DNA of 64,000 nucleotides from Rebecca billardiae RCC1528 (GCA_965240325.2 OZ251245.1:930001-994000), one strand, 5' to 3'; numbered from the stretch's first letter, positions 35,704 to 47,414 are shown. The notes: generated from the letters alone by a model not told the origin. Made by a program: numbers and translations.

Positions 35704-37263
35704 ATGGCGCGCCGAGTCGGCGGCGACGACGACGCACCGCAGCAATGGTGGCGCTCGGTGGTCAGCCTGCTCGAGGGGCTGGAGGACGACATGCGCAGCC
35801 ACGCTACCCACGACACGCTGGGCTCGGCGCGCGCCGCCGCACCCGCCGAGGCCCGCCGGAGCGACCACTCGGAGCGGCGCGACAACGGCGCCGACAGCTC
35901 GGGCGACTGGGCCACGCCAACGCCGTACCCCACGCCGCCGCCCCGCAACGTCCGCGCGCCGCGGGTACCCGTGTACACCGCGGATGCGTACAGCACGTGG
36001 ACCCACTCCACCGCCGCGCGGCCCGCCGCCAGTGCCCACGGGAGCGACCTGCCCGCTCGCGGCTCGCCGCCGGCGGCGAGGCCGCCGGCGAGCGGCTCGC
36101 TCGCGCGCTCGCGCTCGCGCTCGCCCCCGCACGAGGCGCGGCGTGCGTCGTCGCCCACGCCGGGGGCGGCGGCGACGCACTTTGTCTCGGTCGCCCCGCT
36201 CGCGCGCCACGCGCCCGCGCCCGCCACGCCGCGCGAGGACGCCGACCCCGAGGCGCGGCTCGAGGCGGTGCAGCGACAGGTGCGGAGGCTGACGCACACG
36301 ATGCACGAGCGCTCGGCGGCCATCACCGCGCTGCGCGCCACGCTGGCGGAGCGCGAGAAGCGCGTCGCGACGCTGGAGGCCCGGCTAAGGAGCGCGAGCA
36401 CGCAGCAGGCGATGGTGAAGACCCTCGCCAAGAGGCTCGACGAGCGCGACGCCGCCCTCGCTGACGCGCTCGAGCGGCTCGGTCGCGCGGACGCGGAGCG
36501 CGAGCGACAGCTGAGCGCGGCGCGCAACGAGTCCGGCGCGCTCGTCACTGACCTGCGGCGGCAGCTGGCGGCGACGAAGGCGGCGATGCGGGCTGAGGTG
36601 CCCGTGCGCGCGGACGACCCGTTCGACGAGCCCGCGCTCAGCCCCGCCGCGCCCCGGCCCCGCTCGCAGCTCGAGAAGCTCTGGCGCGCCGAGCGGCTGC
36701 GCAACGCCGACCTGCAGAGCGCGCTGACGGCGCTGCGCGCGCGCGTGCAGCAGCTCGAGAGCGAGGCGGGGGGCGAGGCGGGCGCGCGCCGAGGGGCGGG
36801 CTCGGCGCACGTGCGCGCGGGCGCGGTGCGCGCCGACGCGCGCAGAGCGGGCGCGGAGGTGGCTGACGAGCTCGAGGGCGCCGAGGCTGGCTCGGCTGCT
36901 TCGGCCCAGCAGTGGCAGCGGCCGCAGCCGTGGGAGCAGTCACGCTCGCACAGCTCAGCGCTCCAGCACGTGTCCTGCACGCAGGACACGGCAGGCTACG
37001 AGCAGGTCGCGTCTTCGGCGCAGGCGGCGCCCGTGCCGCAGCTCGTGCTTGCCGACGTGCCCGCCGGCGGGGCGGTGCACCTGCATCCGCCCACCGCGCT
37101 GGGCAGTGGTGCTGTTCCAGTGATGCTCGTGGCGCTGCCCACATCGCCCGCAGCTGCGGCTGCCGCCTCGAGCGGCGCGAGAGGGCCCAGTCGGTATCCG
37201 CAACACACGACCGCGGCGGCGGCCCGGCCGCGCAGCGCGATCGGTGCGCGATCGGTGCTCTGA
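35704..37263 (+). CDS. hypothetical coiled-coil protein
   Basis: Long ORF from MARRVGGDDD; heptad regions (EARLEAVQRQVRRL..., LQSALTALRARVQQLE); GC3 bias. Confidence 0.72.
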   Translation: MARRVGGDDDAPQQWWRSVVSLLEGLEDDMRSHATHDTLGSARAAAPAEARRSDHSERRDNGADSSGDWATPTPYPTPPPRNVRAPRVPVYTADAYSTWTHSTAARPAASAHGSDLPARGSPPAARPPASGSLARSRSRSPPHEARRASSPTPGAAATHFVSVAPLARHAPAPATPREDADPEARLEAVQRQVRRLTHTMHERSAAITALRATLAEREKRVATLEARLRSASTQQAMVKTLAKRLDERDAALADALERLGRADAERERQLSAARNESGALVTDLRRQLAATKAAMRAEVPVRADDPFDEPALSPAAPRPRSQLEKLWRAERLRNADLQSALTALRARVQQLESEAGGEAGARRGAGSAHVRAGAVRADARRAGAEVADELEGAEAGSAASAQQWQRPQPWEQSRSHSSALQHVSCTQDTAGYEQVASSAQAAPVPQLVLADVPAGGAVHLHPPTALGSGAVPVMLVALPTSPAAAAAASSGARGPSRYPQHTTAAAARPRSAIGARSVL

Positions 37264-37588
37264 CCGCTGTCAGAGTGTCGGTTTCCCGGCCGTTACACAT
37301 ACACGGGAAGTTAAGTAGTTAGTAGTCGCGCACAGTCAGATGGATTGGGCTACATGACGACGCCCTTAGGCGGTCTCGTCCGCGGTCTGACGCCAAGTTG
37401 CACGGGCTGCGCGACGATGTTCGTCACCACCTGGCGGGACTCGACCTGGCTGCCCGGCCGCCGCACGTTGGCTGCATTGGCCGCCGCCCGTAGCACTGAC
37501 AGTCAACGCACCTGGCGGTGTAGCGCGTGAATCGCCGCGGGCAGCACGCGAAACCCCCCTCGGCACTAGATATCGAGCAGCGGCCTCA

Positions 37589-38599
37589 TCAGTCCTTGCG
37601 CGTATTCGTCTTCTTCCCCAGCAGGGTAAGGGCCTGGTAAGTCTCCCCCACGTCCTTCATGAAGCCCTTCTGGTTCGTCGCGTACTTGGCGACGAGCGCG
37701 CGCCACTCCTCGTCAGACAGGAGCGCCTGCCCGATCGCATCGTCCGCGGGCGCCGACGACGCCGACGCCAGCGCCTTGAGGTACTCCAGCGGCTGCGCAG
37801 CCGCGGCGTCGACGGCCACGCCCGCCACGCCGCGCCGCACATCGATCGCAACTGGCTTGACGTCGAGGAAGCTTGTAGTCGGCTCAATGTAACCGGACGC
37901 ATCCGGGTCGTCGAGGTCGTCCGCGTCGGCGGAGAAGGTATCGGGCTTGCGCGCCTTGGTCGCGCGCGCCGCGCGGCGCACCGCGCCGAGCGCGCCCGCC
38001 ATGAGCACGAGCTCGCGCGAGCTCAGCCCAGCGTCTGTGAACGCGGCGCGCAAGTCCGCTCCGCTCAGTGCGGACCAGTCGAGAGCAGGCGTGGCCGCCT
38101 TGGCCGTCGCGTCCTCGCGGCCGAGCTGCACGGGGATCTTCGGGCCGCCCACCACCTCAATGGCCTGCGCGCCCGCGTATGCCACCAGGTCGGCGAACGT
38201 TACCTCCGTCTGCCGTTGCAGCTCTGTCTGAATGCCCTTCAAAACAACCACCGCGCGCTCTGCGTCGCCGCCGAGCTTGTCGAAGCGGACGGAGCCATCG
38301 AGGCCGCCCGAGGCGTCGGCGCGCCGGTATTGCAGCGCGTCGGAGAGCGCCGCCTCGAGGAAGCCGGGCAGCAGCTGTGGCTCCGCGGCCGCCGCGTTGC
38401 GGATCGATTGCTTCAGCCGGTTGAGCGTCGCAACCTGCAGCTCCCGGTCGCCGTAGCGCGACATGTCAAAGTTGACCGAGGCGTGCGCGCGCGGGGGGGC
38501 GCTGATCGCGACGGTCGAGGCGCACGCACTCGAGAGGAGCAGCTGTCGCCGGCTCAGGGGCGCGCCCGCCGGGGCGCAGAGCGCGAGGAGCCAGATCAT
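37589..38599 (-). CDS. thylakoid lumenal TL29 / ascorbate-peroxidase-like protein
   Basis: Signal peptide plus SRRQLLL..AHA twin-Arg lumen signal; AALSDALQY..SGGLDGSVRF, VTFADLVAYAG, GGPKIPVQLGREDA; distal His absent, as in TL29. Confidence 0.85.
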   Translation of the reverse strand: MIWLLALCAPAGAPLSRRQLLLSSACASTVAISAPPRAHASVNFDMSRYGDRELQVATLNRLKQSIRNAAAAEPQLLPGFLEAALSDALQYRRADASGGLDGSVRFDKLGGDAERAVVVLKGIQTELQRQTEVTFADLVAYAGAQAIEVVGGPKIPVQLGREDATAKAATPALDWSALSGADLRAAFTDAGLSSRELVLMAGALGAVRRAARATKARKPDTFSADADDLDDPDASGYIEPTTSFLDVKPVAIDVRRGVAGVAVDAAAAQPLEYLKALASASSAPADDAIGQALLSDEEWRALVAKYATNQKGFMKDVGETYQALTLLGKKTNTRKD

Positions 38600-38780
38600 G
38601 CGCTAATGGCGCGGCGCCGAGAGCGGTCGACGGCCGTGCTTCGGCCGACCCGTTCAGGCGACCCGAATAACTCACACGAATCCGGGGCGGATTTTTGCCG
38701 CAGGTGGGTGAGGGCAGAATATTAATGAGACAAAATCCCGGATCGTGCCACCCGTTCCAGAAAGGCGATTAGTTCGGACA

Positions 38781-38829
38781 TGGTCCGGGAGCTCATAGGT
38801 CGTGACACGACCTATGAGCTCCCGGACCA
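38781..38829. repeat. perfect hairpin with 24-bp arms and 1-nt loop
   Basis: TGGTCCGGGAGCTCATAGGTCGTG-A-CACGACCTATGAGCTCCCGGACCA. Confidence 0.95.
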
Positions 38830-38936
38830 CAGTGGGAGCACGCGGGGGGCCGCGGCCGTTGAGGAGGGGCGGGGGCGGGCGGGCGACGTCGACGTCGCGG
38901 CTATCCACGCGCTCTGCTGTCGAGGAGTTGCTGTTT

Positions 38937-39926
38937 GCGCCGCGCGCCGCGCTGGCGGGGTGGCCGGGACCCACGCGCGCCTTCGAACCCCCGGCGCCCC
39001 CGCGCGCATCGGCTTCCTCCGCCTGCGAGTAGCCCACGACCGCGCCCGCCGCCCGCTTCGAGAGGGTTGACCGCGCCTGAGCCTGCTCGCCGCCGAGCGC
39101 AGGGATGAGTTGAGCGCGGCGCGAGGCGGCGATCGCGGTCGGGTGATCGCATGAGCCCATCTGCGCCCCATCTGCCACGGCGCGACCGCTTCAGAATGCG
39201 TATGTGGCCCCACTTGTCATGGATGTCGGGTAGCGGGTGAGCTCTGTCGGCCAGCGTGTCCGCGCGCGCCGCGCCTGCGCAGGGCCAGACGGGTCGGAAA
39301 CACGTCACAGTTGGCATCAGGGCATGCGCCGATTACCGTGTATTGCCCAGCTCGGGCCACCAAGGGCATGCCCTTCACTGCTCTGCCAGCTCGCAACGTG
39401 TGTCAATGGTGACGGCAACCGCTCTGGTCGGCCAGAAGAACTTGCTTGAGTTCTCGTCGCGAACACGGCAGGCGTCGCGAAACTACAGATGCGGACCAAT
39501 CGTGCCAGCCAGCTTGCGTAGTGCAGACATCACGAGACGCCACGGAGCGGCATCCGACCCGTATAGCCTTGCGCGAGCGCGCGCGAGCGCGCGCGGACAT
39601 GCTGGCGGACAGTGCTCACCTGCTACCCGACATGAGACAACCATGACATGTGGGGTCACATACGCATGCTGAAGCGGTCGCGCCGTGGCAGATGGGGCCC
39701 AAATGGGCTCATGCGATCGCCCTACCGCGATCGCCGCCTCGCGCCGTGCTCAACTCATCCCTGCGCTCCGCGGCGAGCAGGCTCGGCCGCGGTCAACCCA
39801 CGTAAAGAGCGCGGCGGGCGCGGTCGTGGGCTACTTGCAGGCGGAGGAAGCCGATGAGCACGCGGGCGCCGGGGGTTCGAAGGCGCGCGTGGGTCCCGGC
39901 CGCCCCGCCAGCGCGGCGCGCGGCGC
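38937..39926. repeat. long imperfect inverted repeat, arms ~38937-39269 and ~39587-39926
   Basis: Arms give near-identical translations on opposite strands (ORFs 38672-39178 and 39685-40137). Confidence 0.9.
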
Positions 39927-41082
39927 CCAAGTCACGTTTATCTCGGGCCGCACGTCGGCCACGCGCCACTTGATCGCCATCCTGCCGCCACGAGCTGGGT
40001 GCGGGGTGCTTGGAGGCGGAACAACACCTCGTGGAACGGGTGGTTTGCGCTCGACCACGATGGCGCTCACGCCCTTCGCGCACGTCGTCGTGGATGGCAT
40101 CAGACGAAGAGTTCAAGCTGCGAGTCTCGTGGGCTAACTCCATGCCGTTGAGGAGCACGAGCACTATCAAGTTTGTCTCACTTTGGGGGGAGGGAGGGCA
40201 CTTTGAGACAAACCGCGTGCGCACGCCCGAAGAGCTCACCAACTGGGGAGAGCAAGCTTCCCATGGGCTCTTGGCGCGTGTCTGACGTCCCTACTACCTC
40301 CCATGGCATGGCCAGCCGTCAGGTTGGCGTCCCCTTGCAGTAGTAGACTACCTTGCTCACGTCACTGAAGGGCACCGTGCATCGCGATTCGCGGCCGTCT
40401 CACAGGGGCGGGGCACGTTCGGCGGCTACGTTTGGTGCGTGCAGGCCAGGCATGGGCAGCGGAGCGGGCGGCAAACGAGCGGAGGTGCCAGGCATGCACC
40501 TTGGGCACACATGTGGCGCGCCTCGACAGACTTGCGTCCACCTCACCGGGCGCTGTAGCGCGTGCGAGGCGGGCGCCATGCAGCACGCCCAGTGGGTGCC
40601 ACCGTGGGCCGCCACTGGGCCGCCGCCTTTGTCTCAAAGCGCCCTCTGTCTCATTCTGCCCTCATCGACCTGTAACCCCTCCCGGACACGGTGGCGCGCA
40701 GTGCGCACGCTGCCAGATCGGAGATGAGCGCCAAGACCCGTCGCGCCGCCCGTCGCGCATGTCGTCTGCGGCAGCTGGCATGGCCGTGGCGACGGCGCAT
40801 CGCGGCCATCAATTATGAATAAGAACTGCTCAAGCAGTATCAGAGACATATCCAGGCTGGCAGCGGGCGCCTGAACGGGTGGGTACAGCGTACTGATGGT
40901 TCTCCGACCAGGGCGGTTGCCTGAGGCTGGCTCCGGCTCCGGTCCACCCCCCCCAGCTCCGTTACGTCTTGGCCCCGACGGCCGAAGTCAACCAAGCGGA
41001 CCAACCATGCAGCTGAATCTGCTGATGCAGCAGAGTCCCTTCCGCCCCCCGATTGATGACTTCAATAACGAGAAATGTCGCG

Positions 41083-41534
41083 CGCATCCGACCACCTCCC
41101 AATAGGTTCAGACTCTATTTTACTATGTAATTACCCGTCCCTTACTCAGATTTCAGCACAGCCCGGGAGCGTTCCGGACACCGTTACGTATGTATACATA
41201 TAATAATATATGCGAAAAGGGTACCCGGACTGGGTATTTAGTTGATAGAAAACAGAGTCTGGACCTATTGTAATACAGTAGGTCCAGGTATTTAGTTGAT
41301 AGAAAACAGAGTCTGGACCTATTGTAATACAATAGGTCCAGACCTATTGTATTACAATAGGTCCAGACTCTGTTTTCTATCAACTAAATACCCAGTCCGG
41401 GTACCCTTTTCGCATATATGTATACATACGTAACGGTGTCCGGAACGCTCCCGGACTGTGCTGAAATCTGAGTAAGGGACGGGTAATTACATAGTAAAAT
41501 AGAGTCTGAACCTATTGGGAGGTGGTCGGATGCG
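41083..41534. mobile_element. ~450-bp AT-rich near-perfect palindrome (foldback or MITE-like)
   Basis: CGCATCCGACCACCTCCCAATAGG... mirrored by ...CCTATTGGGAGGTGGTCGGATGCG; internal duplication near the centre. Confidence 0.85.
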
Positions 41535-42106
41535 TAATTGTAATTGAAGGTGTGGCTGATAGTGATGATAATCCATATCTGGCATCTGGCCGTAATGTCG
41601 TCCAAGGGACCGCCTGGGGTGGTCTAGGACTAGGAGCTACTGTCTGTAGATCATCAGAGGCGGCTATCTGACCGCCGATTGCAGTGTCAAGGAGTGTAAC
41701 GCTCCAGTGACCGGACTGGAGGGGTGGTGGACCGAAGCCGGAGCCGGCTGGCAAATAGGCGGCGGATTAAATAATAGCGCCAATAGCCGCTGCTGCGAGG
41801 CCCAAAATATTTAGCTGTATATCGAATATGGCGCAAAAACTCATGATGCATGCTGTCGTCTTTTTCCACGGGCGGGTTTTTCACTTATTATAATTCCGCC
41901 CCAAAAGCCTCATCATATTGTTTTGCATCATCACTACGAAACCCGCTGCAGGTCCAGCTGCTAATACCGTAAGTAAGGCCGGGCCTGTCACGAAAGGCGC
42001 GGCGCCCCGCGTCACTCACAGCCGGCGGCGGTGCCGGGCAGCGACGTCAATGACCGCCCGGCGCCGACGCAGGCGAGTTGCCTACAGCTGCTCTTGGTCA
42101 TGCTCT

Positions 42107-43519
42107 TCACACGCCCATCCCCATGCCACCGCCACCCGTGTCGTTGCCGTACTGGCCGCGGGATGTGATGTACACACTGCCCTTCATCGCGCCGTCCGTC
42201 GTCGTCTCTCGGATGCCCGAGGGCTTGCGCTTGGCGCACGCGCGCGCGTGCACGGGCAGCCGGTCCGGGAAGAAGGTCCGGCCGCAGGCGGGGCACGGCA
42301 CGAACGCCGTGGGCTGGAACGTGTCAGTCAACCCGGCCGCGCGCGCGTCGGCGGCCTCCTTGTCGGCTGCCGCCTTGGCCGCAGCCGCGCGCTCGCGCTT
42401 CGCCTTGGCGGCCTCCTCCTTGCGCTTTCGCGCTGCCTCCGCCTCGGCGGCGGTCTTAGCCTTGGCGGCGTCCGATGCCTGCGCGGCCGACGCCGCCGCG
42501 TCGGCCTCGGCCTTCGCCTTCGCCGCCGCCGCCTCCTGCTTGGCCGCCTCGGCCTCCGCCAGCGCCTCCCTCAGCTTTCGCTCCGCCTCCTCCTTGGCGC
42601 GCTTCGCGTCTTCAAGCGCCTGCACGGCCGGGCAGCTGCGCCGGTGCGGCTCGAGCTTGTCCGGCAGGAAGGTGCGCTGGCAGCCGTCGCACGCCACGAG
42701 CTCCTGCGTCACGTCGAGCTGCTCCTCCTCCTCCTCCGCCTCGAACAGCCCGATCAGCCGCTCGTAGTAGGCGCAGAACTCGTCGAATGAGATGCCTCCG
42801 GAGCCGTCCGCGTCCGCCACCTTGAACTCCTCGTCCACAATCTCATCCACCTCGTCGCAGTGCTCGGGGAAGACCTGGTGCAGCAGCCGCGAGAACTCCT
42901 CCTTGTCGAGCACGCCGTTCCGGTCGGCGTCGAACTGGCGGAACATGTCGCTCGCCTCGTCGAAGCGGTTCGCCGAGCCCGCGAGCAGGTTGTAGTACGA
43001 GACAAACTCCTCAAAGTCGACGCCGCCCGAGCCGTCCTTGTCCGCCTTCTTGAAGTCGTACGCGAGCTCCTCGGCGTCGGCGCTGCGCGTCGGGAAGCAC
43101 TGGCGCAGGCAGGTGCTCAGCTCGCGCTCGTCGAGCACGCCGTCGCCATCGGCATCGAAGCGGTCAAAGAGCTCGCGCATCTTGTCCACCTTGCCCTCGT
43201 GCTTCTTGAGCATGCGCTCGGTGTTCTGCTGCTTGGTTGAGCCGCCGCCGCCCGGGCCAAAGCCGTTGGCGCCGTGCGGACGCAGCTTCCGGCACTTCGC
43301 CACGTGCCCGGCGAACGCCACCTTGCCGTACGGCTCGCCGCAGTTCGGGCACTGCTCCCAGTCGGCGTTGGGCTTTGGCCGCGCCCAGCCCTCCTCCTCG
43401 CGCAGCTGTGCCTCGGCGAGCACCTCCGGCCGGTAGCGGCAACGCTTCATGTGCAGCTCGAGCGACGACGAGCCGAACTGCTGCCCGCAGTGCGCGCACG
43501 GCTTCCACGACGGTGCCAT
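42107..43519 (-). CDS. protein with four C2HC zinc fingers and four EF-hands
   Basis: CxxC..H..C fingers (KPCAHCG, EQCPNCG, VACDGCQ, VPCPACG); EF loops DADGDGVLDERE, DKDGSGGVDFEE, DADRNGVLDKEE, DADGSGGISFDE. Confidence 0.9.
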   Translation of the reverse strand: MAPSWKPCAHCGQQFGSSSLELHMKRCRYRPEVLAEAQLREEEGWARPKPNADWEQCPNCGEPYGKVAFAGHVAKCRKLRPHGANGFGPGGGGSTKQQNTERMLKKHEGKVDKMRELFDRFDADGDGVLDERELSTCLRQCFPTRSADAEELAYDFKKADKDGSGGVDFEEFVSYYNLLAGSANRFDEASDMFRQFDADRNGVLDKEEFSRLLHQVFPEHCDEVDEIVDEEFKVADADGSGGISFDEFCAYYERLIGLFEAEEEEEQLDVTQELVACDGCQRTFLPDKLEPHRRSCPAVQALEDAKRAKEEAERKLREALAEAEAAKQEAAAAKAKAEADAAASAAQASDAAKAKTAAEAEAARKRKEEAAKAKRERAAAAKAAADKEAADARAAGLTDTFQPTAFVPCPACGRTFFPDRLPVHARACAKRKPSGIRETTTDGAMKGSVYITSRGQYGNDTGGGGMGMGV

Positions 43520-43797
43520 CGGTGACGCGGACACGCGGTCGCGCTTGACGCGTTTGTGCTCGGTGGAACGGCGCCGACCGTATGGATACGTCTGGAACCG
43601 CAACTGCTTATTCGCATCGTACCCGCATGATTGCTACGGGTAGCGCTTCCGCCAATAGTGCTACCACTATCTACTACTGCGAATACTCGTACGAGCAATA
43701 CTGTACCAGACACACGGATCTATACCCCCATATAAGTCGCCCCCAGATCGGCAGCCATCGTGCCGATTTGATCAAGTGAGCCATCCCCGCCGCCGGG

Positions 43798-44310
43798 ATG
43801 ATAGCCGCTCGCACCCCGGCGCCCATGCGCCGGGCGGAGCGCGCGTTCCGGCAGGCCGCAGGGCTGGGTGAGTCCTCCGAGCGAGCAGACGCGTCGACAG
43901 CGCGCCTTCTGCTCATCGCGGTGGCAGCTCCAGCTTGTGCTGCGCTGGTGTGGCTGTGTGCCGCCGCGGGCGCCGTGTCCCCGGGGTGCGCGTGGGGTGT
44001 GACCGGGTGCGCATCAGTGGTCGCGGGTTTGAGCATCGGCCGATACGCGGTGTTCACATCCACCTCTCTCAGCGGCGACGCACCTCGCTTCGCCGATCAC
44101 GCCGAGGAGACGTACGGCACGATGATTGTGGGTGGCGCGCTCGTCGGCATGATGAACTGGCTAGCAGCCAGCGCAGCGGCTGGCTCCGATCGCAATGCGA
44201 CGGGTGCATTGGTGCTGATCCTCCTCGACACCGGTGCCGCCGTCGTGTGCGTTTTTGAGGCGGCTCTAGAGCGTCGATTCACGTCGCATGGCCATGCCAA
44301 GAAGGCTTGA
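43798..44310 (+). CDS. hypothetical small multi-pass membrane protein
   Basis: 170-aa ORF with about four hydrophobic segments. Confidence 0.55.
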   Translation: MIAARTPAPMRRAERAFRQAAGLGESSERADASTARLLLIAVAAPACAALVWLCAAAGAVSPGCAWGVTGCASVVAGLSIGRYAVFTSTSLSGDAPRFADHAEETYGTMIVGGALVGMMNWLAASAAAGSDRNATGALVLILLDTGAAVVCVFEAALERRFTSHGHAKKA

Positions 44311-45619
44311 TCGGCACGGCATCTTCGCGAAGTTGCAACGTGTTCGCAGACACTCGGAATCGACTCTGTCGTCGACTGCGGCTCGGATCTGATTCTGGAA
44401 GGTCAGAATGTCAATATTATATTATATTATATGTCGTTATACTGCTCGGTTCGCACGGTACAGACCGTATATATAGCAGCCGATTGTCGCCTATACATAT
44501 ATATAGCTATATATATACTGCTACGTCACTTGACAGCATCAGTATTATTATATTTAGTCGTTATAAATAAGCAGCTCTGCATTAATTTAGTCCGGCTAGT
44601 CCGCGACGGTCGTCGGGTCTCTGCTGGCGGTGAATTCATCAGGTGAAAGCTAGCCACTCATAGAGTCGGGCGCCCCTCAACGCCTCAAACAATAACGGAC
44701 AGTCACTAGTCAGTGACGCGACAACGGTCCGCCGGACTCAAACCGAAGCGTCACTAGAGTTCGCTGCAGTCGTCGTCGACGAGCAGCCCGCGGAGCCCTG
44801 GCTCCGCGTCACGGGCCGGCTGCCGGCAGCCCGGCTGACTTTATTTAATGGTGATAGTGTGATCCGAGCCGCTGGTCGGGGCCGTCGGGCCGACGGTCGG
44901 GCCTCGGGGACGGGGTCCGGGTCGGCGGCACCGCACGTCACGACGGGCGGCACGTCAGCTGACTGCCGTGTCGGGCCGGCTGCCACCGAGCCCGGTCGTG
45001 GCCCGTCTCGTGGAACCGCGAACGTGAATGAAAGGCGGAGAAAAGCTGTCCGCCAGGGCCACTCTGCAAGCTGCTGCATGAAGTCTGATAGTGATCGGCC
45101 CGATCATCGGATAGCTAGTCATGATAATGGGCGCAAAGTCCGCCTTCGCTGCTAATGATCCGGTGAACTATTCGAATAAGTGGCTAACGTCAGACGCCGT
45201 TACGAGTGAGCCCGTCCTCATCTTGATCTTGTTATTGTGCGGCGTGCAAGCTGAAGCGCGTGCGTGCGCTGCGGCGAAGTGCGAGACTCTGAGTAGTCTG
45301 AGTGCGAGACTGAAAGATGAAGTACTACATCACTGTCGTTACCATCAGTCGTATACAAGTAGCCCGTCCGAAGTGTGCCGCCACACATGAGTCATGACAC
45401 AAACTCAATATTTAAATAAGTTATTTCAAGGTAGTTAGCAAGAGTGGAGCCGTTCCGCACCGCGTGAGGCCCGCCGCACCGTTCCTGAATCCACCAACCA
45501 CCAAGACCAACCCGACGGTCACCATCTTATGCTGGGCCGGCTGGCGCCTCATACACCAGGCGCGCTGGACAAGGCGCCTTTGGCACGGCCCCTGTCGGTA
45601 CACGCGCCGCACACCCACC

Positions 45620-46411
45620 TCAGGTGGCACCGCTGAGCGCCGCCGAGATCGCGCTGAGATCAGCGTGCTCGAGGCCGTACCAGACTACCAGCCCGATGGA
45701 GCTGAGCGCGAGGACAATCTTGGCGACCTCCCGCGCGGGGATGTCGAGCGCGCGCAGTAGCCCGACGAGGAAGATAAACACCGTGACCGCGCCGCCGAAC
45801 GGCGCGATGGCCATCACGACGCCCGCTCTGTCCCCGCTCAGCATGCCATCATCCATGAAGTCGCTGACGACGGGTGCGGCCTGCTCGGTGAAGACGACTG
45901 CTTGCTGGTTGACCACCTTCGCGCCCTCGGAGACGGCCTCGCCGAGCTGGCCGCGCGCTGGCTCGCTCGCGTCCCACGCCGCGACAGCCGTTGAGCCCGT
46001 CGTGACGGCTACCTTACCGAGGAACGAGCCTGCTGCGTCTGCCGTCTCCTTCTGCTCCTCGGACATGAAGAGGCGGACGATCGCGCCGACCGTCCACAGC
46101 GCGGCGCAGAAGAGGCCCCAGAGCAGCTGGATGATCTGACCGCCCACGGGGATAGCGTTCTCGCGGACGACCTCGACGGTGCCCGCGACGATGGGCGCGG
46201 CCGTGCGCACGCCGGCCTCAACGTACGGCTTGGCCGTGTCGATGGCCCGCTCGACCTCGGGCACCACCGCCTGCACGCTGTCGGCGAGCGAGCCCACGTC
46301 GGTGGCGAGGACGAAGCTGCGGACAGCGAAACGTGGGGCCGCGCGCAATAGCGGCGGCCCACGCCCTGGTTGAAGCGCCGCGACGAGCGCGCAGGCTGCC
46401 AGGAGCAGCAT
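45620..46411 (-). CDS. hypothetical membrane protein, probably plastid-targeted
   Basis: MLLLAACALVAALQP signal plus Arg/Pro-rich transit-like region; three hydrophobic segments. Confidence 0.75.
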   Translation of the reverse strand: MLLLAACALVAALQPGRGPPLLRAAPRFAVRSFVLATDVGSLADSVQAVVPEVERAIDTAKPYVEAGVRTAAPIVAGTVEVVRENAIPVGGQIIQLLWGLFCAALWTVGAIVRLFMSEEQKETADAAGSFLGKVAVTTGSTAVAAWDASEPARGQLGEAVSEGAKVVNQQAVVFTEQAAPVVSDFMDDGMLSGDRAGVVMAIAPFGGAVTVFIFLVGLLRALDIPAREVAKIVLALSSIGLVVWYGLEHADLSAISAALSGAT

Positions 46412-46618
46412 CGCGCGAATGCCCGCCGCCCGACCGAGAGCCCGGTCACCGCGTTCAGGTTGCCCGAGACGAAATCGGGCTCGCAAAGTTGAAAGTAGGA
46501 CCAACGGTAAGTAATTTGCGAGGAGTCCGGCGCAAGCTCTCCACAGTCTCCAGTCTCCACTGTTCTCCGACCGGAAGGGGGTGATTGAACCCCCTTGCTC
46601 CGACGAGTCGGAGCAACG

Positions 46619-47047
46619 ATGGCGGGCGTGATGTCACACGAATTGTACGCGGCGCGAACGGTGGCAACGCAGCCTTGCGCGCGAGCCTGCGCTGACGAGT
46701 CGGCGCGCCGCGTATGACCGCACATACACTACGCCCACAGGACGCTGCGCATACCCCTCGAGAGCGACCTCATCGCCGCCGCCGTCTACGACGCGCTCGT
46801 CGTGGACGAGGAGCTGCAGCCGGAGAAGGTGAGCAAGGTGCTGCGCCTGAGACAAGGCGCTGTGCTCGAGGTGCACTTCGCGTCGGCGGAATGGCGGCTC
46901 ATGCGCGTCGTTGTCGGCTCATTCGTTGAGTACCTCGCAGTTGCCATCCGCTGTGCGAACGCCATGCCGCCACCAAGCGCATTGCTTACCGCCGAGCCCC
47001 CGCTCCCGCCAAACGCCGGGCGTCCATCCGGGGCGTCGTCGACGTGA
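46619..47047 (+). CDS. PCC1: KEOPS/EKC complex subunit Pcc1 (LAGE3 family); exons 46619-46644 and 46741-47047
   Basis: Splicing the GT..AG intron 46645-46740 gives MAGVMSHELTLRIPLESDLIAAAVYDALVVDEELQPEKVSKVL..LEVHFASAEWRLMRVVVGSFVEYL, the Pcc1 pattern. Confidence 0.82.
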
Positions 47048-47414
47048 TCTGATGCAGCTAAGCGCGCATCTGGCAGCGGCTGTGGTATCATCGTTCGCGA
47101 ACAAATGCCCGCCAGTTGTCGGAGGAGATCTACTTGCAGCCAGGGGGACGACGCCGGCGTGGACGTGGTGGCGGACATCACTGACGACCTGCGCGCCAAG
47201 TCGCCGACGGCGACAGCTGCGGCGACGTGAAGGGGGATGAGAGCCGGCTGCTGAGCCGGGAGACTGTCACCGCCAGCTATACGTAGTCGTTGCGTATCAT
47301 TCTATACTGATGCTGTCAGACCATGCACGATGCGGTGCGCGCGAGCTGCTGTCGTCAGCCGTGCTGATGGCCTGATCATGATGCTCGAGGGCTCTAGGCA
47401 TCTCTCTGGCCGTG

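Noticed and set aside
46560-46640. tRNA on the minus strand (GGTTCAATC)
   Set aside because: The loop is 8 nt, there is no acceptor stem or D-arm, and the region overlaps the PCC1 start.
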